64,000 nt of DNA. Source: Octopus vulgaris. Taxonomy: Eukaryota. The notes under the pieces are model-generated. The model had not been told where the DNA came from, ran no database searches, and saw only the letters and a program-made list of their open reading frames with translations. The stretch spans positions 164,796,001-164,860,000 of the forward strand of contig OX597815.1 of NCBI GenBank assembly GCA_951406725.2, read 5' to 3'. This document shows positions 23,764 to 38,250 of the stretch, piece after piece. The translations under genes and the position numbers were made by a program. Each line of letters opens with the position of its first letter. Position 1 is the stretch's first letter.

Positions 23764-26700
23764 ACTGTAACAACGACAGAATAATAGTAAATTTTTTTAT
23801 GTGCTTATTCAACTGGCTAGAATTAAAATATCCTTTAAACCACACCCACCCTTCTTAAGAGGGTGAAGAATGTATAGAGCAGTTAGTCCTAGATACTTTT
23901 CTATAAAAGAGTTGTAACAGTGGCTTGATATCTGTGGCGAAATAACAAAAGTAAAATCAGATCATACTGTAACTTACTTATGTGTACCTATAAAATCCTG
24001 TTCTTTAAGCAAGAAGTAGTGTTTAATCAGTCAATATGCTTTTTGTGGGCTTTCATTTGTGAATCTTTGCTGAACATTTCATTCAACTTAACCTCATTGT
24101 AACTAATTTGAAAAATAGTTACTACTTGTCACTAACCACTCCTTAACTGTTCATTGGTATATTAAGAAAATGCTCCAGTCCATGAAATTATTCGTCCTAG
24201 CCCAATAAGTGCAAATGTTCAAAATTTGCTGACTTATCAAACCTACATGAACACAAAAATGATTGTTGTAAAAAAAGCAATTGAAAATAGTGTGGAGTTA
24301 ATTGAAAAATGTCTTCTTCAGCCAAGCATGATAAGATTACTTTGTACCCTGAGCAGTAATTATAAGTGCTAGAGTGGAGAGTGGTGTTAATGTTTAAGTG
24401 GCTATCATTTTTATCTTTAGAGTCCTTAGCTGGAGGTGTAAAGTCTGAATTGTTGATTTAATTGGCCCTCTATATTTTTCCATGAAATGCCATATTTACT
24501 TGTATATATAAGTCGTACCCCTTGTTTGGTGTTAAATTTTGGTACAGAATTTTATTTCCTTTCATAGTTTTAGCTTTGCCCTGTGTATAAGTCACAATTC
24601 AGATCATGTATAAGATATGCGAACATGGTAACACTGCAAAGTTGGCAAGTACACAAGAGAGTATGTATGCCAGGGGTTACTAGCCTGGAGTGCCCATATC
24701 CCCTGGGTATTCAAGCTGGCATTTTAGAGACATGACAAAGAGAGATAGTGCCTGCATTATTGAAATTGCTTGAGTAAAATATTGATTATTTCTTTAAAAT
24801 ATTTTAATTCTATAAAGCACATCAAGAACTTTGATTCATTTAGAAAAAAAATAGCTATTAGAAAGTTGACTTTTTCATCTTCGGATGTGATGTTGTGTGT
24901 GTGTGGAGTGAGGAGTATACAAAAATTAATTAAACATTTTCTATGGGTACAGAGTATAGAATAGATTGGGAACCACTGCTCTATGCACCCATTTGATTTG
25001 CTAGAAATAACAGCTAACACTCCACAAATCTCACTCTACTGCTTTAAAAAACAAAAGATAATGTATAATATGGTCCTAGATACTTTAACCCTTTAGCATT
25101 GAGATTATTCTGTCAAATGTAATGCTTAATCATTTACAATGTTTTTAATTAATCGTGAATTATAGCTTTGAAATTTCAGTGGTGTGATTTTTTATTTTTA
25201 GAATGACATTGTAGGGTAGGTGTAAGAGGTCAGATCTGGCTAGTTTGAGCACAAAACAAGTAAAATATTTGGGCTGGATATGACTGGTTTAATCATCATC
25301 ATCACCATTTAGCATCCATATTCTTATGCTAGCATGGGTTGGATGGTTTGACAGGATCCCACAGATCAAAGGACTACATTTTACTCCAATGTTGGTTTTA
25401 GTTTAATTTTTACGACTAGATGCCCTTATATAAGAAAAATCAGAAAATAGTATGGAGCCTCCTACAGGAATACTTTCGTTCATAGGTCTGTTCATAAGCA
25501 ATTTCAACAGTTGCACAGTTGATAGTTTAACTTGTAGTATGTTAATATGCCCCTTAAAAAAACAAAAAATGTTACTTGCTTTTCTTATTTGCTGTTGCTG
25601 GAATCACATAAAAATGTGTATCTTGGGACGGTCATCACACCAATAATAAACACACACTAGTTCAGTTTCACTTCTTTATTATTATTCAGTTGGCTTGTTA
25701 TTTAGCCAACTGACTAGGTGATTGCTTGCTTAACCCATTAGCATTTAAATTGGCCATGTCTGACCCAATATTCTATTTGTTTTATGTTTGAACCAGCCAG
25801 TTCTGACCTCTCACACATACCCTAGTCATTCTAAAAATATACAATTCAAAACAATGTAATTAAATAAGTATTACATTTGGCAGAATCATTATCAATCATC
25901 ATCATCATTTAACGTCCGCTTTCCATGCTAGCATGGGTTGGATGATTTGACTGCGGTCTGGCAAACCAGATGGCTGCTCCAGACTCCAATCTGATCTGGC
26001 AGAGTTTCTATAGCTGAATGCCCTTCCCAATGCCAACCACTCCGAGAATGTAGTGGGTGCTTTTATGTGCCACTGGCATGAAGGCCAGTGAGGCGGTACT
26101 GGCAGCGGTCACGCTCAAATGGTACTTTTTATGTGCCACCTGCACAGGAGCCAGTCCAGCGGCACTGGCAAGGACCTTGCTCGAATATTTTTTTCACCTG
26201 AATACTAAAGAGTTAACAACTCTGTTAAGCAACCTTTTAATTGTTTGTGAAAGCCTTGTTGCTACCTCATCAATGATGCCCTCTCCCACTCACCATCAGG
26301 TCTGCTTCAGACTGAGTTATTAAGGAAGAAACTGATTAAGCAAGCAACTGCCTAATATTAAAGAAGTGAAACTGAACCTGTACATGTGTTTATTATTGGT
26401 ATAATGACCCTCCCTAGGTACAACAAAATTTGCCTCAAAACACCAAGAATCTTCCAAACCAAAAAACAAGAATGGAATGGCTGTGTGGTAAGAAGTTTGC
26501 TTTCTAACCACATGGTTCGGGATTCAGTCCCACTGCGTGGCACCTTGGGCAAGTATCTTCTACTATAGCCTTGGACCAACCAAAGCCCTAGGAGTGGGTT
26601 TGGTAGATGGAAACTGAAAGAAGCCTGTCGTATGTGTGTGTGTGTGTGATTTTGTGTCTATGTTTGTCCCTCCTCCCCACTGCTTTGAGTTGGTGTCTTT

Positions 26701-28802
26701 ATGTCCCTGTAACTTAGCTGTTCAGTAAAGGAAGCCAATAGAATAAGTATCGGGCTTTTAAAAAATAAGTACAGGGGTCGATACATTTGACTAAAAATTC
26801 TTCAAGGTGGTGTCCCAGCATTGTGTAGTTCAATGACTCAAACAAGTAAAATATAAAGGATACAAGCATTTGATTATGCCAGAAATTAATTTCCAGTGAA
26901 GGTGGTGAGCTGGTAGAAATGTTAGCACACCGGGCGAAATACTTAGTGGTATTTTGTCTGTCTTTACGTTCTGAGTTCAAATTCCGCCGAGGTCGATTTT
27001 GCCTTTCATCCTTTCGGGGTCGATTAAATAAGTACCAGTTATGCACTGGGGTCGATATAATCGACTTAATCTGTTTGTCTGTCCTTGTTTGTCCCCTCTG
27101 TGTTTAGCCCCTTGTGGGTAGTAAAGAAATAGGTATTTCGTCTGTCTTTACATTCTGAGTTCAAATTCCACCGAGGTCGACTTTGCCTTTCATCCTTTCG
27201 GGGTCAATAAGTCAAGTACCAGTTATGCACTGGGGTCGATATAATCAACTTAATCCGTTTGTCTGTCCTTGTTTGTCCCCTCTATGTTTAGCCCCTTGTG
27301 TGCAATAAAGAAATAAGAAATTAAATTCCAGTGGCGTAATTAGCTTTTAAGTGAATTCTCAATTTCAATTTGCTTAGCATTTATAATGGATGTGAATGAA
27401 TAAACCCTTCCAACATAACAAAATGAAAAAAAAGAAGAAAAAAAAGAAAATCAATAAAAATATAAAGCATAGACATTTTGATTTCAGCTGACATCTTTTA
27501 TGGTTGCTAAGAAATAACTTTTGCTCTTAGAATATATTGATTCTCATTATTTTTCCTGACTAAAGGACGTTCTTAAATCTGAAAGCTTCTCTTAAGTTGT
27601 CTCACTATCAGTGATTATTTTCTTATATTATAAGGATTACTGCAGAGATTGTAGTTTGTAATTGTATTAAGTAAATGTACATGTTATTTATATATAGGCG
27701 TGGGAATTGCTGTGTGGTTGTCAACCATATGGTTCTGGGTTCAATTGAACTGCATGGCATGTTGGACAAGTGTCTTCTACTATTGCCTCAGATTGACCAA
27801 AGTCTTGTGAGCGAATTTAATAGGTGGAAACTGAAAGAAGCCCATTGTTTATGTAATGTATATATATATATATTTTCTTTTACATGTTTCAGTCATTTCA
27901 CTGCAGCCATGCTGGAGCACCACCTTAAAGGCTTTTAGTTGCAGAAATTGACCCCAAGACTTTTTTCAAGCTTAGTGCTTATGCTTTCGGTATCTTTTGC
28001 TGAACTGCTAAGTTACAGGGACATAAACACACCAACATCAGTTGTCAAATGATGATGGGGGAGGATAAACAAAGACACGAAGACATATAAATATATATAT
28101 ATATACGACTGGCTTCTTTCATTTTCCATCTACCAAATCCACTCAGGGCTTTGGTCGACCTGAGGTTATAGTAAAAGACACCCAAGGTGCCATGCAGTGG
28201 GACTGAACCTTAAACCATGTGGTTGGAAAGCAAGCTTCTTACCACACAGCCATACCTGCACTTGTGTGAATGTGTTTGTGTATCACAGTCTTGTCATTGT
28301 GTGGTTGTTGTTTTGTGGACAATAAGATGACGATGATGATGATGATTTGTCCATAGAATAGTTGTTAAATTTGTAACAGACATGGTTGCATGGTTAAGGA
28401 GTTTGTTTCACAACCACATGGTTTTGAGTTCAGTCTTGGTGCATGACACCTTGGAGCAAATGTCTTCTTAAAGGTCCCAGGTTAAGCATTGCCTTGTGAG
28501 TGGAATTGGCTGATGGAAACTGTATGACACTCTGGGCAAGTGTCTTCTACTCAATTCTCTGGCTGACCAAAGCCTTGTCAGTAAATTTGGTAGAGGGACA
28601 CTGAATGAAACCCATTGCATAGGTACAGAGTTCGATTCACTGTAGAGGCTCGCCAGCCACTTTTTTCTGTCTACTGAGGGTATTTACCCAATGTTCTAAG
28701 CTGTCTTCACAGCTATCCTGCATTCAAGAATTCCTTTATTTTCTGTAGAATACCGACTGACTCACTCAGCACTCCTAAGTTTGTTTACAATATATATATA
28801 TA

Positions 28803-29183
28803 CTAGCAGTATCGCCCGGCGTTGCTCGGGTTGTAAGGAAATAACTATATAAGCATTTTTAGAGAGTTATAGCCAAAAAAATGCATTATAAATTGAAAAA
28901 AAATTAAGGTAAATTTTTTTTAAAATCGTTGACACATCGTAGATATTTTTAGAGAGTTACTTCCCTTATATAAAAGCGAAAAAAATGCATTAAAATGGAA
29001 AAATATGATGGTAAATTTTTTTTAAATCGTAGACTCATCGTAGACGCACGCTAATACCCAGAAGGGCTCGATATGAATCACGACTATAAGATACCCGCTT
29101 TTGGTTAAACTGCACCGCAAAATGTGGGAGTAAGGAATCTAAATCGTAGGAGACAGACACACAACTTCACTCTTATATAAAGA
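28803..29183 (-). mobile_element. Non-autonomous Helitron
   Basis: Minus strand: A|TCTTTATATAAGAG start, subterminal hairpin CCCGAGCAACGCCGGG, CTAG|T end, no TSD. Confidence 0.85.
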
Positions 29184-30342
29184 TGCTTTTTTTTTTTCAG
29201 TCATAGAGTTAGATTTATGAAGGTCTTCAGTAGAAAATCCTTCGAATTCTGACTCGCTGCTTGATATAATGAAATTCGTATCCATTTTTTGTCAGAATTA
29301 CAAATTTTGAAAACACAATAGGAACAAATTTCGGAAAAAAATCTCCCATAATTCACGGAATTAAAATTACACTTCGATTTTTGTATAAAACTGTAGTTGA
29401 AGTGTTTACGAAGTATAATACGTGTTTTCACGAATGTACTAAAGAGATTTGCTCTGATATTCTCATTTAAATATGAATAGGTAAATTCGGGCGGCTTGGT
29501 AACTATATATAAGTGTCGTCTGTTTATACATAAACACTGTTTCATACTGCAATTATATATACATATATCTATATATAATATTATATAATAAAATATATAC
29601 AGAGTAAAATAAAAATCAATTTACCTTTTCTGTCCGTCCGTGTGTCTTTGCAAATGTGTTGGAATGATAAGTGAGTTGAGTTTTGGCGCCTTTTTTACTA
29701 ATAACAAACACACACGTGTTTGTATGTGGTTGTATGTGTATGTAGTTGTATATGTATGTGTATGCATGTGTGTGAGGAATGACACACACACACTCACGCA
29801 CGCACACATGTACATCAATGCTTTCGGAGTGATATGTTAAAATATTGAGTTTTCTAGAATTTTGTCTTAATTGGTGGTAAAATTGAAAGAAATTTTTTAT
29901 GGCATCACCCACTGAAGTACTCTGAAAAATCTTAGGTAAATTCTAATTGAAGAAATTGTGTGAGGAGTAAATGGTTATGTATTTATTTGTTTCTGTTTGC
30001 TGCGTTTTTTTATTTTTTGAGTAGTGGTTTAAATACTTTCAGTTTAGTCTTCCTCAAATCACTCTGTCGCTATTTACTTTCATTTTATTCGTTGCACACT
30101 GTGTGTGTGCGTTTGCGTGTGGTGTAAACCAGACTAAGAAAAGCATTTGACACACACACCAGAATGTGAGTTTTCTGTAAATTTTGCTTAATTGGAGTTT
30201 AAATTTTAAAAATTGGACCTGGCATGACGCGATGCATTGTACTCTTAAAAATGCTAGGTAAATTGTAATTGAAGAAATCCTATATTGTAGATTTCTATAA
30301 CTCCCAAAGGAGGCAGATAAAATCTGCCTTTTATAATAAGAG

Positions 30343-30377
<35 letters not shown>

Positions 30378-32202
30378 TATACACATACACACACACGTAT
30401 ATATCATCATCATCATTGTCGTTTAACATCCGCTTTCCATGTTGGCATGAGTTGGACAGTTTGAGTGAGGGCTGGCAAGCTAGAAGGCTGCACTACACTC
30501 CAATCTGGCAAAGTTTCTACAGCTGGATGCCCTTCCTAACGCCAACCACTCTGAGAATTAGATGGTACTAGCATTGACCACGTTCGAATGGTGCTTTTTA
30601 CGTGCCACTGGTATGGGTGCCAATCAGGTGGTACTAGCACTGGCCATGACAATGACTTCACTTGACTCAACAGGTCTTTGCAAGTGCAGTTTATTGCCCA
30701 ATGATTGAAGGGTACTCTTAAATGTGCTGGTTATGCTGTTTACATTATGACCATTTATATGGCTGTGTAAGAAGTTTGCTTCCCAACTACACTGTTCTGA
30801 GTTCAGTCCCACTGCATGACACCTTGGACAAGTGTCTTCTACCATAGTCTCTGGCTGACCAAAGCTTTGTGAGTGGATTTAGTAAACAGAACTTTAGTAA
30901 ACAGGATTTAGCAAACAGAAACTGAAAGAAGCCCGTCATATGTGTGTGTCTTTGTACTTGTGTTGCCCCACCCCCACCACTTGACAAGTGGTGTTGCTGT
31001 GTTTACATTCCTATAACTTAGCATTTTGCAAATGAGATCGATCAGTAGAATTAATATCAAGTTTTTTCTTAAAAAAAAGTGCTAAAAATTCTTCAAGGTG
31101 GTGCGCCAGCATGGTCTAAATACAGACTGAAACAAGTAAAAGATATAAAAATTTTTACTAATGGAATCAAAAATGTTTTTCTTGAAATACAGGTTAGGAT
31201 GGGCTTCCTGCTGTAAAATACTGGCTTAACCCTTTAGTATTTAAACCGGCCATATCCGGCCAAAATAGTTAATCTGTTTTATGTTCAAACTGACCAGATC
31301 CAGGCTCTCACACCTACCCTACAATGTTATTCTACATTAAGTAATTACACCATCAAGATCTTGAAGATATGAGATAATGCATGATTAATTCAAATCAATG
31401 GGAATCAATAAGCATTATGTTTGATAGAATAATCTGAACACTAAAGGGTTAAATAATTTCTCATTCAACCCATAATAGTATGATAAAACAGATGTTGAAA
31501 ATTAGGAGACTTACTATTCAATACTTTTTTTTCGTCTGTGGTTTTAAATTTAATTGAGTTTTCGTAATCTAAAGAAATTTGACATCCAAGATCTAGCTAT
31601 CCTCTTGTGGTTTATGATTCAGGATGCCCCGTATCCTTATAGTTTGCTTAACATAGTTTTTTTTTTTCCCCCCTTTCAGAAATGATTTAATGTTTCTAAA
31701 TATAATTTTGTCTAGACATTTTAAAGTATATTTGTTAGTTATTAGTAAAATTGGTTAAGGGCTATTTGGCTATTCCTTCTACTTTCCAGTGTTTTCTGAA
31801 AAAAAAAAAAATTCCAAAAGCACAGGCAGGTGTGGTTAAAGAGCTTGCTTTGCAACCATGTGGTTTCAGGTTCAATCCTACCTTGGGCTAGTGTTTTCTA
31901 CTATTCTACTATATCCCTAAGCTAACCAGTGCGTTGTGAGTGAATTTGGTAGGCAGAAACTGTGTGGAAACCTAAATTGTATATATGTGTGTTGGCCAGT
32001 GCCAATGACACATAAAAGGCACCTGTGCTTGTGACATGTAAAAATCATCCATGCCAGTGACACATAAAAGGGCACTGTGTTGGTGACTTGTAATAAAACC
32101 TGTGCCAGTGACACAAAAAGACAGCTAGTATACTCTGTAGAGCGGTTGGCATTAGGAAGGACATCCAGCCATAGAAACCAAATCAAAACAAATGTTTTTA
32201 TA

Positions 32203-32610
32203 GGTGTTGGTGTGGCTGTGTGGTAAGTAGCCTGCTTACGAACCAAATGGTCCCGGGTTCAGTCCCACTGCGTGGCACCTTGGGCAAGTGTCTTCTACTA
32301 TAGCCTTGGGTTGGCTAAAGCCTTGTGAGTGGATTTGGTAGACGGAAACTGAAAGAAGCCTGTTGTATATATGTATATATATATGTGTATGTGTGTGTAT
32401 ATGTTTGTGTGTCTGTGTTTGTCCCCCCAACATCACTTGACAACCGATGCTGGTGTGTTTACGTCCCCGTAACTTAGTGGTTCGGCAAAAGAGACCGATA
32501 GAATAAGTACTACGCTTGAAAAGAATAAGTCATGGGGTCAATTTGCCTGATTAAACGCGGTGCTCCAGCATGGCCACAGTCAAATGACTGAAATAAGTAA
32601 AAGAGTAAAA
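32203..32610 (+). mobile_element. tRNA-derived SINE with CORE-like segment and internal (TA/TG)n microsatellite; many copies (about 6375-6755, 26476-26855, 30757-31145, 39257-40580, 43135-43505, 51340-51670 on +; 27875-28262, 33168-33575, 54520-54792 on -)
   Basis: TGGCTGTGTGGTAAG (A-box-like), GGTTCAGTCCC (B-box-like), CACCTTGGGCAAGTGTCTTCTACTATAGCC, 3' end GACTGAAACAAGTAAAAGA. Confidence 0.9.
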
Positions 32611-35396
32611 TAGTCTGGAGCCTGGTGCTGCTCTCCAGCTTACAACTCCAAGTCTAACTGTCTAACTCAGGCCAGCATGGAAAATAGATGTTAAATGATG
32701 ATGATGATGATCTGTGTGTTTGTGTTTGTCCCACACTGCTGCTTGACTACTGTTGTTGGTTTGTTTATGAACCCTTAATTTAGCAGCTTGGCAAAAGAGA
32801 CCAATAGAACAAGTATCAAACTTAATAAATAGGTACTGGGGTTATTTTGACTAAACCCTTCAGCATGGCTGCAGTCCAATGACTGAAGCAAGTAAAAGAT
32901 AAAGGATAAGTGAGTCACTTCTGCTTTTGAAGATTAAAAAAGAAAAAAAGAAGAAAAAAACCATTGAGATTTTTTTCTCACTTAATGAATAATTTTTCTT
33001 TTTTTTATCTCAGTACTCGAATCGTGATTATTTTCTACTTCATTTTTCATTTTTGTATCTGGTGACATGTAACGGACTAAGAGAAAAGTTATTGAACAGA
33101 TTACAAATAGCAATGAAAAAGCTTCGACAACAAAAAAACAAAACAAACAAGAATAAAACAAATGGCTTACTCTTTTACTCTTTTCAGTCATTTGACTGCG
33201 GCCATGCTGGAGCACCGCCTTTAGTCGAGCAAATCGACCCCAGGACTTATTCTTTGAAAGCCTAGTACTTATTCTATCGGTCTCTTTTGTCGAACCACTT
33301 GGCCACAGGGACCTGAACACACCAGCATCGGTTATCAAGTGATATTGGGGGAACAAACACAGACACACAAACATATACACACACATACATATATATATAC
33401 ATACATATATACGACGGGATTCTTTCAGTTTCCATCTACCAAATCCACTCACAAGGCTTTGGTCGACCCAAGGCTATAGTAGAAGACACTTGCCCAAGGT
33501 GCCAAGCTGTGGGACTGAACCCAGAACCATGTGGTTGGTGAGCAAGCTACTTACCACACAGCCACTCCTACGCCTACAAAGTTAAACAAACAATCAAATA
33601 GTTAGTTGGATATTTAACCAATTGACTAATAATAAAGGAGTAGAATTGAACCAGTGTGTGTTATTAACATTAGCATAATGACTCACCTTAGATACAACAG
33701 GATTATTTTTCTAAGTTGCAGTAAATTTGTTAAATTTTCAAGAAACAGTTTTTGTGTGGATTTCATTTTATTTTCTTCTGTTTTACTGGTTTCAGTCATA
33801 GAACTGTGGCCTTATTGGAGCCTTCCTCAAGGGTTTTAATCACTCTGCTATTTTCCACACATACAGGTGTTCAGGTGCAAGTGCCACTTCAAGAAAAAAA
33901 AGCACTTGTGCTGGTGCTACATAAACACACCTGTGCCAGTGGCACATAAAAAGCACCTAGCACACTCTGTTAAGTGGCCGGCATTAGGAAGGGCATCCTG
34001 CCATAGAAACCATGGGACAATAGATAGTTTGAATCTGGACAGCTCCCTGCTAGCTAGCTCCATGTCATCCGTCCAACCCTTTAACATGGAAAGCAGACAT
34101 TAAACGATGATGATTGATCCTAGTACTGTTTTGATATCAATTAGCCAACATAGACGTAGGCACGTAGTGTGGTCAAGAAGTTAACTGCATGGTTTCAAGT
34201 TGTCCCACTGCACAGCACCTTAAGCAAGTTTCTTTTACTGTAGCCCCAGTCCAACCAATGCTTTGCGAATGAATTTAATGGATGGGAGCTGCGTAGAAGT
34301 CTGTTGCGTGTGTTTGTGTGTGTGCCTGTCTACATGTTTGTGTTTGTCCTGCCACACTGCTTGACAACCCTTCTTGGTTTGTTTATGTCCAGGTAACATG
34401 ATAGGATAAGTGCCAGACTTAAAAAAAACATAAGAATGGGGTCGATTTGTTCAACTATACCCTTCAAGGTAATGTTCCAGCATGGCTGCTATCCAAAGAT
34501 TGAAATAAGGTAAAAGTTAACTTTAACAACAGCAACAACAACTTTTACATGAGCATAAACACACATATGCACACACGCAAACATGCATACACGCACACAA
34601 ACATGCACACACATGGCACTTACTCACACACACACACACACAAACATGCTCACACTCACACACACAAACATGCATACAGACGTATGCACGCACGTGCACG
34701 GACACACAGACACACACACACACGCACACGCACAAATGCACCCCCCACCACCACCATGAGGATTTTGGTAGTTTTCACCTCACAAATTCCAAAAGTCACT
34801 CATAAAGTATTGGTCAACCAAAGGCGTACTGTAAAATGAATTTGCTCAAAAGTGCCGTACAGGAGTGATTGAACTCACGACCACGTGATTGCAAAGTGAA
34901 CGTCTTAACCACATAGCCATGCCTGCTCCAGCATTAGTGTTTCTAGGATTCAGTTTTAATATCAGTTATTTTCATTTTTAAAAATGATTATGATATTTTT
35001 TGTTTCAGTATGTAGAAGTCAGTGGAGTGGTAGTAGTAGTAGTAGTGATGGTGGGTTAAAAAAGAAAAAAAGATAAGAATTATTTCCGCTGTTGAAAACT
35101 GAAGTTTAAAGGTTATTTTTAGTTTACCCTTTTTTTTTTTCCTCTCATTCTATAGTTCATAATAATAATAATAATCATAATAATAATAATGATAAGAAAA
35201 ATAACAAAACCTGTCATGTTTACATTAGCTAAATTTTTACTGTGATTATTTTATAATAAAGATAATAATGATGATGATGATGCTGATAATTATTATCATT
35301 AATGTTACTTTTGCTGTTTCCAGCTGTGTTGCCGGCTCGCTCGTACTACATCTGTGACAATCTTGATCTATGTCATTTATTGTTCCTTCTTTTTAG

Positions 35397-35520
35397 GCAT
35401 ACGATGTCAGGTGTTAACCTGGATCATCGAGGGAAACGTTCTACATACCCTAAAGATTTCACAGTTGCCACACCGGAAGAATTTGTGAAGAAGTTTGGTG
35501 GCAATAAAGTTATCAACACA
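35397..35520 (+). CDS. ACC: ACC exon with AMPK-type site: HTMSGVNLDHRGKRSTYPKDFTVATPEEFVKKFGGNKVINT
   Basis: TTTTAG acceptor, ACA|GTAAGT donor; aligns with mammalian ACC1 SSMSGLHL...[20 protein letters not shown]. Confidence 0.96.
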
Positions 35521-37519
35521 GTAAGTAAGGTGTTTTATAAAACAACTTTGTGTGTCTTTATTTTGTAGATTACTAAGTTTTATGTTTTTGCTGAAATATT
35601 TACGATATTAGCTTTTTTATTGTAGAAATCATATATCCACTCAAATCTTTGTTACCCTTAACTGTGGAAAGCAGTTTTATACATCAATGGTCTTTTGTTG
35701 TGGAATGTTATGTTTGAAACTATTTTGTGTTGAGATAAGGTAAAGGGTAAAGACCCCTTTTGGTCATGAATGACCATGGAATTGTACCTAGAAAATTTCC
35801 CTCCAAGGCATAAGTCTGGGTAAGATTTTTTATGGAAGACCAGCAGCTGCCTATTCATACCAGTCTCCCCTCTCCATGCCATCAATGTTATCCAAGGGAT
35901 GTTGCTACTCATTTCTACAGCTGAGTGAACTGGTGCAATGTGAAATAAAGTGTTTCGCTCAAGAACACAACACAAAGCCCAGTTCGAGAATTGAACTCAC
36001 TACCTCATGATTGTGAGCCTGATGCTCTAACCACTGAGCCATGCACCTTCACTTTGTTGAGATGTGTCACGTTTATTGAGGCAATGTGACTTGCAGAAAA
36101 TATCAATTCTACTTCTTGGTAGATATTTAACGTCATTACTGGAATGACCATGAAATTTAATTTCACAATTAAAAGGTTAACAATGGAAATTTTCAGAGTT
36201 GTACTGTTTTTTGCATATGGTTTTTTTCCAATCTGAGACCATATGTTGGAAGTGAAACAATTACATTTTAGTCAAATTGAGAACATACAAAATTTTTACA
36301 TTTACATTTTGTTACTCCACTTCTGGAACTGAGATAGTTATCATGTTGCTGAAGAGCAATGAAAATTCTTAATACTTCATAATAAACTGTACGGATTAAA
36401 AATAAATTAAAAGCGAGTATAACAGTTTCTGTGTGTTCTTGAAAGACCGATATTTCTACAATGTAATTATGGAAATTTGGAGATGTACTTGTCAAACAAA
36501 TGATTTGATCTGAGACTGTATGTTGAAACTAAAACAATTGCAGCATGAAAGATATATTTTTTAGTCATTCAAAATGCATGAAGACTGTTAACTTCACTTA
36601 AACATTTATTATTAGGTGTCAAAATTTTTGAAGCCCCAACTTCAACCTAGTTGCTGATACAATTCCATTTCGCTAAAATCATAATTCAGATACGGAGTTG
36701 TATTTTCGTTTTCTCTTTGAGTAAGGAATGTCATTATTAAGCTCTTGGATTTACGAGCAACTTTACAATGATTGACAAATTACTCCTTAACCCTTTTGTT
36801 ATAGTTCTGTTGAAATCCACAATCTTTGTTTCAATTAATTCTGAAAATGATAAAAAAAAATGTATCAAAATAACTTCAGCATTATTAAGCTAGTATTTGG
36901 AACATAAATTAGCATAATATTATGATGAAAAGTTTGAAGATCATTTTAAAACAGGGAGTTTGTCTCATAGAACCAGTTGTGGTTTCAGGTGGGTTTGTAT
37001 CAGATAACCTTTTTGAAAATAAGTTCCATTTTTGCATGTCACAGCTGAATGTTAACCCTTTCGTTACTGTATTTATTTTGCGATGCTCTGTGTTTCTTTC
37101 AATTACTTTAAATAAAACAAAGAATTTAGTAAAATAACTTAGTTATCATTCAGCTAGTGTTAGGAACATAAATTGTGACTAAAGTTTGGTGGAAGGTTTT
37201 AATTTAAAACATATGAAAACAAGATATTTGTACTCAGAACCAGAGCCGGTTTCAGCCGGGTTGGTAACGAAAGGATTCAGGAAGTTGAATTCTGCTCCAA
37301 CATGTATCCAAATTTGTTCTAATTAGTTAATTTATGTAAGCCTGTGAGGAAATTGTTATCCACTTTCAGCTTAAGCCCATCACTTCAAATCTGCACTGAC
37401 TTCAGGAGCAAAGTTTGTGGAAATGTTTTCCATTGCAGTTGTGCCAATCTTGTCTCTTTCAGCAGTGAAAGAACACAATCACTGCATACATCACATTAAC
37501 ATTATCACATCCTCAGCCC

Positions 37520-37747
37520 TTAACCCTTTTGTTACTGTATTTATTTTGAGATGCTCTGTATTTCTCTCAATTATTTTAGATATAACAAAGAATTTAGTAA
37601 AATAATTTAGTTATCATTAAGCTAGTGTTAGGAACATTAATTGTGACTAAGGTTTGGTGGAAGATTTAATACAAAACTTATGAAAACAAGGTATTTGTAC
37701 TACAGAGCCAGAGCTGATTTCAGCCGGGTTGGTAATGAAAGGGTTAA
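37520..37747. mobile_element. Second TTAA MITE family; near-identical copy 37052-37276 and diverged copy near 36787-37000
   Basis: TTAACCCTTTTGTTAC ... GTAATGAAAGGGTTAA termini. Confidence 0.8.
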
Positions 37748-37759
37748 ATGTGAGCAACC

Positions 37760-38250
37760 ATACCTAGAGGTTTTGCAATTGCTTCAGTGCTGGCTCTCAC
37801 TATCACTGAAGATCACATTCTTGTGAATGAACACCCTCAACATAACAAAGACTGTATCTTGGGAGCTTGTCTTTCTTTTTAGAGCAAGAAAATACATCAG
37901 CACTAATTGATATTTTCCCAACAATTACTAATCCTCTACAAATCTCAGGTGAGACTACAATGCAAACTGTTCACACACCTGAGACAATGCAGCTGCTTCA
38001 TAGAAACTTCCTTGACTGCATCCAAAGAAAAGCTACTTGGGCCAGTCAGCTGATCAGCATCAAGATTAAAAGACTCCAACTCCTGGTTCACAGCTGTACC
38101 ATATTTTCTCTCAGCCTTTTCTGTTGATACTACAGTGGCCTTTGCATCTCAGAGCTTGCTGGTCTTGTGCCAGCTTCACTCAGGCACTTCTGATTCACAT
38201 GTCTTGCTTCTTCCTCCCATCACTCACCAAGGCTCAGTACTAACTCCGAG
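37760..38250 (+). mobile_element. Highly decayed CR1/L2-group LINE fragment; related 3' ends on minus strand near 8360-8720 and 44295-44395
   Basis: FLDCIQRKA...LQLLVHSCTIFSLSLFC*YYSGLCISELAGLVP resembles the post-RT region of CR1-group elements. Confidence 0.6.

Noticed and set aside
24964-24978. Isolated hAT-like terminus GATTGGGAACCACTG
   Set aside because: No matching second terminus or TSD found by eye
29200-30340. CpG-rich block after the Helitron, possibly another TE or regulatory element
   Set aside because: No termini, TSD or coding similarity that I could establish
32203-32280. tRNA-like A/B boxes
   Set aside because: SINE heads; no full cloverleaf and always followed by the SINE body
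34523-34839. His/Thr- and Cys/Val-rich ORFs
   Set aside because: Translations of a degenerate (CA)n microsatellite
35317-35330. Alternative acceptor TTTCCAG at 35323
   Set aside because: Would need a phase-1 upstream exon; all candidate coding first exons are phase 2
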